A stretch of DNA of 52,528 nt from an uncultured Pseudomonadota bacterium (lineage in GTDB: Bacteria > Babelota > Babeliae > Babelales > RVW-14). Of this stretch, positions 46,999-52,528 are shown piece after piece. The notes beneath the pieces were generated by a model. The model was not told the origin of the DNA and ran no database searches. It worked only from the letters and a program-made list of their open reading frames with translations. Where the stretch lies: assembly GCA_964495205.1 (NCBI GenBank), contig CAZBUZ010000001.1:1-52528 (forward strand), in the 5' to 3' direction. Made by a program: the position numbers and the translations under genes. Within the stretch, counting starts at the first letter, position 1; each line of letters begins with the position of its first letter.

Positions 46999-47988
46999 AT
47001 GGAAAACCTTACTTCATCTCAAGTTATAGCAGACCAAGTTAAAGAAATGCATGCTGCATGGCAGTCACTTAAGAATGAGGTCAAAAAGGTCATCGTTGGA
47101 CAAGATCATATCATCGAGCGAATTTTTATAGGATTGCTTTGCAATGGACATGTTTTGCTAGAGGGTGTTCCTGGTCTTGCAAAAACCATGCTTATCAAAA
47201 CTATTGCCCAAGCGCTTGGCCTTAGTTTTCAACGCATCCAATTTACTCCCGATTTGCTACCAGCCGATCTTGTCGGGACGCTCGTGTATAATCCTAAAAC
47301 GCAGGAATTCCAGACAAAAAAAGGACCTGTTTTTACTAATCTTATTTTGGCCGATGAAATAAATCGTGCGCCAGCTAAGGTTCAATCAGCGTTATTAGAA
47401 GCTATGCAAGAGCATCAAGTAACCATCGGAGATGCATCCTATCGCCTTGAAGAACCATTTTTTGTCCTTGCAACGCAGAATCCTATCGATCAAGAAGGTA
47501 CATATCGTCTTCCTGAGGCACAGGTTGACCGATTTTTATTTAAGCTTATCATTTCATATCCTAAAATGGCAGAAGAAAAGGAAATGATAAGTAAGGTTTT
47601 TGAACCTAAAGAAGTTTTTAAAGTTATTGAAAAAGATCACATTTTAGATGCGCAAAAGCTTGTTCAGCAAATTTACATCGATGATAAAGTGATTGAGTAT
47701 ATTCTTAATATTGTTTTTGCTACGCGAAATCCCAAAGAACACAACCTTGAAGATATCCAGCATTATCTGGAATATGGCGCTTCGCCACGTGCGACGCTTG
47801 CCATTACGCATGCAGCCAAGGCTCATGCCTTTCTGAAGAAAAGGCATTTTGTTATCCCAGATGATGTTAAGGCGGTTGTTTATGATGTTTTGCGCCACCG
47901 TATCATTTTGAGTTACGAGGCAGAGGCTGAAAACGTTATTCCTGAGGCCCTAATTCAAAAAATATTAAGAATTATTCCATCTCCCTAA
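46999..47988 (+). CDS. MoxR-family AAA+ ATPase
   Basis: About 329 aa with Walker A GVPGLAKT, Walker B LILADEINRAP, ATQNPIDQEGTYRLPEAQVDRF and GASPRA motifs. Confidence 0.9.
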   Translation: MENLTSSQVIADQVKEMHAAWQSLKNEVKKVIVGQDHIIERIFIGLLCNGHVLLEGVPGLAKTMLIKTIAQALGLSFQRIQFTPDLLPADLVGTLVYNPKTQEFQTKKGPVFTNLILADEINRAPAKVQSALLEAMQEHQVTIGDASYRLEEPFFVLATQNPIDQEGTYRLPEAQVDRFLFKLIISYPKMAEEKEMISKVFEPKEVFKVIEKDHILDAQKLVQQIYIDDKVIEYILNIVFATRNPKEHNLEDIQHYLEYGASPRATLAITHAAKAHAFLKKRHFVIPDDVKAVVYDVLRHRIILSYEAEAENVIPEALIQKILRIIPSP

Positions 47989-48072
47989 ATAAAAGTACTA
48001 TGTTATCGTAGTTTTATTTGACAGCAGAAGTTGCGTAAGCATATCTTCGTAGTTTTAAAAGGAAGATTGGCA

Positions 48073-49203
48073 ATGACACATGGGTTGTGGGTAGTAAATA
48101 GTTCGTTGGTTGTTATTTTTTGCTTGTCGCTTATTCTTGGATCATTTTTGGAACAAGAACCCCCTGTGCTACGCATTAAAAGAGTAATTATCGAAGAGCT
48201 CCAGAAAAAGGCGCCAGAAGCTCCTGAGCCAACGATCAAAACATGGGAAAAAATTTATACGCATGATATTTTTGGTACCTTTGCCCAACCTGAAACAAGA
48301 ATTGTTAAGCAAAGTTTTGTGACACCAATTCCTGAACCTAAAACACCTACGCTTATCCCTCCTCCTGAGCTTCCTAAGATAGATTTTATTGCGCCGCTTA
48401 AAGTTACAATAAAGGGACTTATTGTTTCTGCTGACGAAAATAAAAGTATAGCTATGATTGCTGATGAAGCAGAAAAGGAAGATATCTATCATTTGGGTGA
48501 TAAAATAAAAGATGCACAAATTATCAAAATAGCACAGAATCGCGTTATATTTATGCGTGCTAATGGGCAGCACGAAACCTTCTACTTGCGTAAAGATGAT
48601 ATGCCTGTTGATACCACAGACAAGTGGAAGGCAATTGTTAAAAAAATTAATGATCAAAGTTATGAAGTCGATCCAAAGGCCTTCAAAGACGAGGTGGATT
48701 CTCTTGGCAATTTGATCGAACGCATTGCGGTTGTTGGGACGGCTTATACCCATGGAGCTCCGGTTGGCGTTCGTATTGGCAAATTGGATGCAAAAGACAT
48801 CGGGCCGGTTTTGGGGTTGGTTGCCAATGATATTGTTATTTCTGTCAATAACCTGAAAACTGCTGATGTCAGAGAGCGCATGAAAATTTATGATGTCGTT
48901 TCGTCCATGAAAATTGGTGATGTCATTAATGTTACTGTTAATCGTGCTGGCAAAAATGTATCGATTAGCTATAAGCTCGCCAAGCTTGAAAAGCCTCGCA
49001 AGCCAGTAGGATTGCCAGGAAAAGAACCTGCTGCCAAACCAGGCGAAGAGTTGAAGATGAGTAGGACGCAACAGCGAGAAAAAACTATCAGAGATTTTGA
49101 AAAACAACATGCTCGTCAACGCAATCAACAAACAATTATGGATATTAGAAAACGATTATTAGAAAATTTGCATGCGCGGCTTCGCAATGCACGCGTTAGA
49201 TAG
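48073..49203 (+). CDS. GspC-like (PilP/HR domain + PDZ) inner-membrane secretin-interacting protein
   Basis: It has an N-terminal TM (LWVVNSSLVVIFCLSLILG), a Pro-rich linker and an HR-like beta domain (KVTIKGLIVSADENKSIAMI ... IIKIAQNRVIFMRANGQ). A PDZ-like segment follows (VGVRIGKLDAKDIGPVLGLVANDIVISVNN). The gene lies directly upstream of the secretin. Confidence 0.6.
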   Translation: MTHGLWVVNSSLVVIFCLSLILGSFLEQEPPVLRIKRVIIEELQKKAPEAPEPTIKTWEKIYTHDIFGTFAQPETRIVKQSFVTPIPEPKTPTLIPPPELPKIDFIAPLKVTIKGLIVSADENKSIAMIADEAEKEDIYHLGDKIKDAQIIKIAQNRVIFMRANGQHETFYLRKDDMPVDTTDKWKAIVKKINDQSYEVDPKAFKDEVDSLGNLIERIAVVGTAYTHGAPVGVRIGKLDAKDIGPVLGLVANDIVISVNNLKTADVRERMKIYDVVSSMKIGDVINVTVNRAGKNVSISYKLAKLEKPRKPVGLPGKEPAAKPGEELKMSRTQQREKTIRDFEKQHARQRNQQTIMDIRKRLLENLHARLRNARVR

Positions 49204-49217
49204 AAGGTTAACAAAAG

Positions 49218-52067
49218 ATGGGAAATGTTATGAATGTACGTGGTGTGGCCCTGTTATTGTTGACGATTTTTATCCCATACTCAATCGTACGAGGTCAATC
49301 TCCTGTGTTGGTACCGCCACCAGCTTCTGGTGTGGCTACAATGCCGATGCCCTTTGCTGATGAGCCAGTAGCTGCTATTCCAGCTGCTGATGCGCAACCA
49401 GCATTTGCCGATGTCTTGCCGCCTGCTACAGGAAAACCTTCTGTGTTAGCTCATGTTGCAGAGCCAACTATGGGACAGGTTCCTCAATCGCAAGGACTTG
49501 ATGCCATTCTTGCTCCAGCTGACGCTGCGCCAGCTGCTCCATCGCCTGTAGAAACACCAGCACAAGAACTCGGTGTGCCGCCTATGGGTATCGTAAAAGG
49601 AGAAGAACACGCCAAAGTTGAGCAAGAGCCTAAGGATATTTATCTCAATTTTGATAACACAGAGCTTGCAAATTTTATTAATTACATCGCAGAAATCAAA
49701 AAACTTAATCTGATTCCAGAAAAAGGTATTGAGGGTAACAAAATTTCATTAACCATTCGTGAACCGCTTTCTGTTGAAGGTGCTTGGAATGTGTTTTTGA
49801 CGGTGATTGAGATGGCGGGTTTTAGTATCGTTAAAGTTGGTGATGTTTATAAGATCATCGCTAAAGACAAGAAGGTGCAGCAGCCACTGCCAGCCTATAT
49901 TAATGTTCCTGTTGATAAAATTCCTGATAATGATTCGAATATTCGTTATGTCATGTTCTTAACTAATCTCCAGGCAGCAGAAATGAAAGACCTTGTTCAA
50001 AGCATGTTGAGTGATAAAAGCTCACTTGTTGATGTGAAAGATGTTAATGGGCTTATTATTACGGATAAGTGTTACAATATTAGATCTGCGGTGCGTGTGT
50101 TGCAAGAACTTGATCAAATGGGAACAACTGAATCAGTTACCGTTATGCGCCTAAAGACTGCTAATGCCCCTGACGTTAAAAAACTGCTCGAATCAATAAT
50201 TAAGCAGCCAGAGGTAAGTCCTCTTGCGCGTTTGCTTGGAAAAACCGCTGAAGGCGGAACGCAATTTTTCCCTCCGGGTACGCGTATTATTGCCGAAGAA
50301 CGAACTAACTCGTTGATTTTGCTCGGTAATCCAAAACCCATTAAAAAAATAGAAGAATTTATTGTTAATCATCTTGACACAGAGCTTCAGGACGCCAAGT
50401 CGCCGTTACATGTTTTTGAGCTTCAGCACACCGATGCCGGTCAAATTGCTGAGATTTTGCAGGAAGTTACGCAGCCAGGTGAATCAGAATCTGGGGCTAC
50501 TGCATCAAAATATGGAGCTGTGCGAGGTGGTACGAAGTATTTTAAAAAAATGAATTTCAAAGTTGATAAAGACGGCAATCGGCTTATTGTTTCAAGTACC
50601 GATAAGGTTGACTGGAAACTGCTTAAGCAAACAATAAAAGATCTTGATAAGCCCCAACCACAAGTTGCAATTGAAACGCTTATTGCTATTGTAACGGTGA
50701 GCGATGATAAAAAAATTGGCGGCAATGTTCGGTTGAAAAAGCAGAACACACTGGGGCAAAATATTGGGTTCCAGTCTGCAGCTACCGCAAATCAGCCATC
50801 ACTTGAGTATCCTAAAAATGCAGATGGAACGCCGAATACGAGTGCTACGCCATTAAGCCTTCTTGGTGATATGATTTCTCAAATAACAAGTCAGCAGGGA
50901 TTGACTACTCTTACGTTCGGTCGACCTAATGGTGGTATTTGGAGTGTTTTTAGTATGCTGCGAGCTCAAACTAACGCGGCGATTCTTTCTCAACCGTTTA
51001 TAACCGCGCTGAACAAGGCGACGGCGACAGTGACCGTTGGTGATAAAAGACGTGTTTTAAAAGAAACGAGTGGTACAGGGCAACGAGGTTATGAAGATGC
51101 AGAAGCAAATACGGTATTAGAGATTACGCCTCAAATTAATATTGATGGGGTTATTCGCATGAAAATTAGAACAGAAATTAACGAATTTGAAGATCCTGAG
51201 GCAACTCGAACGGCTGAGAGAAAATTAGAAACCAATGTTACCTTGGCTGATGGTCAAGTTTTGGTACTTGGTGGTTTTGTTAAAACATCGGTAAGTGAAA
51301 GCAAGTGGAAAACTCCTCTTTTGGGTGATCTGCCGCTTTTGGGTTGGTTTTTCAAATCACAACAAAGAAGAATTGCTAAGCAATATTTATTTATTTTTTT
51401 AAGTCCAACCATTGTTAAGCCTCGTCAGCAGCCTGGTATGGGGCTTTATACGAAAATGAAATTACATGCTGTTACTGATAGTGTTGAAGAGGTTATTCAA
51501 ACCAAAAAGCTGCCTGACCCTATCCATAATTGGTTTTTCAATGCTGAGAAGGAAAACTATTCTCACAAGGTTATCGATTTTGCTAATGCTCGTTATCAGC
51601 CTACAACGGTTGATATAAAAAATGATCCTCTTTACAAAACCCAAACCTATCGTGATCAGCTGAAGGAAGAGAAATTAGAAAAAACAAAAGTTCCTCAAAA
51701 ACCGCAAGAGCCTCCCGTTCAAATGCCACAATTTCAACTGCCTGAGCATCCGTCAAAACCATTGTCGGCAGATGTGGCAACAGCGGTGCAGCTTGAACAA
51801 AAAAGAGATATCATGAAAGGACTTTTAAGTGCGCAAGAAGAGCCGCTGCCTGGTCCTGCGCCGGAGGTGGCCTTTGTTGATCCTGCAAAACGGGAACAAG
51901 TTAAGGAATTGATCGCTGAGGTTCCTACTCCATCATCAACAGAAGCTCCCTATGATGTCCCAGTGGCTGCTGAAAAACGATCGCAGTTACAAGATTTTAT
52001 AGCGATTGAGCCTCATGCTGATGTACAACCAACTGAAGCCAGCAGAATCGTTGACCGTGGATGTTAA
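49218..52067 (+). CDS. secretin (GspD/PilQ family) with long N- and C-terminal extensions
   Basis: 949 aa with a signal peptide and an Ala/Pro-rich linker of about 100 aa. N0/N1-type domains (LNFDNTELANFINYIAEI) and secretin core motifs are present (VAIETLIAIV, LGDLPLLGWFFKSQ, IFLSPTIVKP). About 215 aa of extra C-terminal sequence follows. An alternative start is at 49230. Confidence 0.88.
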   Translation: MGNVMNVRGVALLLLTIFIPYSIVRGQSPVLVPPPASGVATMPMPFADEPVAAIPAADAQPAFADVLPPATGKPSVLAHVAEPTMGQVPQSQGLDAILAPADAAPAAPSPVETPAQELGVPPMGIVKGEEHAKVEQEPKDIYLNFDNTELANFINYIAEIKKLNLIPEKGIEGNKISLTIREPLSVEGAWNVFLTVIEMAGFSIVKVGDVYKIIAKDKKVQQPLPAYINVPVDKIPDNDSNIRYVMFLTNLQAAEMKDLVQSMLSDKSSLVDVKDVNGLIITDKCYNIRSAVRVLQELDQMGTTESVTVMRLKTANAPDVKKLLESIIKQPEVSPLARLLGKTAEGGTQFFPPGTRIIAEERTNSLILLGNPKPIKKIEEFIVNHLDTELQDAKSPLHVFELQHTDAGQIAEILQEVTQPGESESGATASKYGAVRGGTKYFKKMNFKVDKDGNRLIVSSTDKVDWKLLKQTIKDLDKPQPQVAIETLIAIVTVSDDKKIGGNVRLKKQNTLGQNIGFQSAATANQPSLEYPKNADGTPNTSATPLSLLGDMISQITSQQGLTTLTFGRPNGGIWSVFSMLRAQTNAAILSQPFITALNKATATVTVGDKRRVLKETSGTGQRGYEDAEANTVLEITPQINIDGVIRMKIRTEINEFEDPEATRTAERKLETNVTLADGQVLVLGGFVKTSVSESKWKTPLLGDLPLLGWFFKSQQRRIAKQYLFIFLSPTIVKPRQQPGMGLYTKMKLHAVTDSVEEVIQTKKLPDPIHNWFFNAEKENYSHKVIDFANARYQPTTVDIKNDPLYKTQTYRDQLKEEKLEKTKVPQKPQEPPVQMPQFQLPEHPSKPLSADVATAVQLEQKRDIMKGLLSAQEEPLPGPAPEVAFVDPAKREQVKELIAEVPTPSSTEAPYDVPVAAEKRSQLQDFIAIEPHADVQPTEASRIVDRGC

Positions 52068-52163
52068 TAGGCGTAATACGCTTAAAGAGTTTTTATCAAA
52101 TAATCCTGCCTTTGTGCGCAATGATATGCCTCGTGCTCTCGGGTTGGATAGGAGGGCCGCAGC

Positions 52164-52528
52164 ATGATCGCTGAGATCTTTTTGCCAGAAAAATGGGGAA
52201 ATCGCCGCCTTATTTCTCAGCGCATCGTTGGCATCGCTATTCAAGAGGATGAGGTAAGTCTTGCTTGTGTGTATGCTAAAAGATCTAAAACAGTTATCGA
52301 ATCATTACACAAACTTGTTATTGATCCTGGCACAGAGGAGACTTATGCACAGCGAGCAGCTGTTGCGGTTAAAAAAATTATTGCCCCACTTAAGCGATAT
52401 CATCAAATACGGATTGCCATTCCAGCTTCGATTGTTACGTTTAAAGAATTGCAACTTCCTTTTAGTGATCCGGAAAAAATCAGGATGATCTTGCAGTACG
52501 AGATAGAATCAATGCTTCCTTTTTCTAT
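52164..52528 (+). CDS. PilM/GspL-like (actin-fold) assembly protein, N-terminal part (3' end lies outside the window)
   Basis: This frame is not in the track because it has no stop before the window end. The ATG at 52164 lies 8 nt after GGAGG. My translation is MIAEIFLPEKWGNRRLISQRIVGIAIQEDEVSLACVYAK...QYEIESMLPFS, which resembles a PilM N-terminus. Confidence 0.5.
   Translation, partial: MIAEIFLPEKWGNRRLISQRIVGIAIQEDEVSLACVYAKRSKTVIESLHKLVIDPGTEETYAQRAAVAVKKIIAPLKRYHQIRIAIPASIVTFKELQLPFSDPEKIRMILQYEIESMLPFS

Noticed and set aside
48169-49131. A 320-aa ORF antisense to the GspC-like gene
   Set aside because: Its translation is rich in F, N, I, R and C, with no motifs, signal or domain logic. 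The plus-strand frame has a TM, an HR-like domain, a PDZ-like domain, an RBS and operon context. I take it to be a chance open antisense frame.
52261-52488. Track ORF of 75 aa on the plus strand
   Set aside because: It is in a different frame from the open, RBS-preceded PilM/GspL-like frame that starts at 52164 and runs to the window end. Its sequence is Leu/Lys-rich and low in information.

Overview
This is a chromosomal segment of an AT-rich bacterium (about 40% G+C by eye, not computed) that uses the standard genetic code. It has a diderm envelope gene set: kdsB, mlaEF, an LptE-like lipoprotein, an outer-membrane barrel and a secretin. Most of the window is conserved housekeeping sequence. 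The genes I recognise are rsmE (partial), tsaB, gyrB, tadA, a DksA/TraR-type zinc finger, rpsI, glmS, an SSS symporter, radA, tdk, kdsB, murA, atpG, a YacP/Rae1-like NYN nuclease and tsaE. Next comes a tRNA cluster (Tyr, Gly, Thr, Thr), then rpmG, tRNA-Trp, secE-nusG-rplKAJL-rpoBC, tRNA-Val, rpsO-pnp-rph, LptE-like and HolA-like genes, a Fis-like HTH protein, mreB, tpiA-secG and mlaEF. I saw no mobile elements, CRISPR arrays, rRNA genes or obvious defence genes. There are four lineage-specific parts. (1) RpoB carries an in-frame insertion of about 60 aa with eight cysteines. (2) The right-hand cluster 45.5-52.5 kb encodes an NtrC-family response regulator that has lost the GAFTGA region and Walker B, a MoxR ATPase, a GspC-like PDZ protein, a 949-aa secretin with long extensions, and a PilM/GspL-like gene. 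(3) Two large secreted or membrane orphan proteins are present: a 751-aa coiled-coil protein and a 486-aa protein with 27-aa tandem repeats. A membrane-anchored alpha/beta-hydrolase and a lipoprotein-type DUF952 protein sit near the first of these. (4) Several universal operons are broken: atpG is orphaned, rpsI lacks rplM, the tRNA-rpmG-secE block has no tuf, mreB lacks mreCD, and mlaEF lacks mlaD. This pattern fits a rearranged, possibly host-associated genome. Dependentiae/TM6-like is only a guess. I cannot show that any of this is a truly undescribed system without database searches. My best candidates are the RpoB Cys-rich insertion and the regulator-MoxR-secretin cluster.
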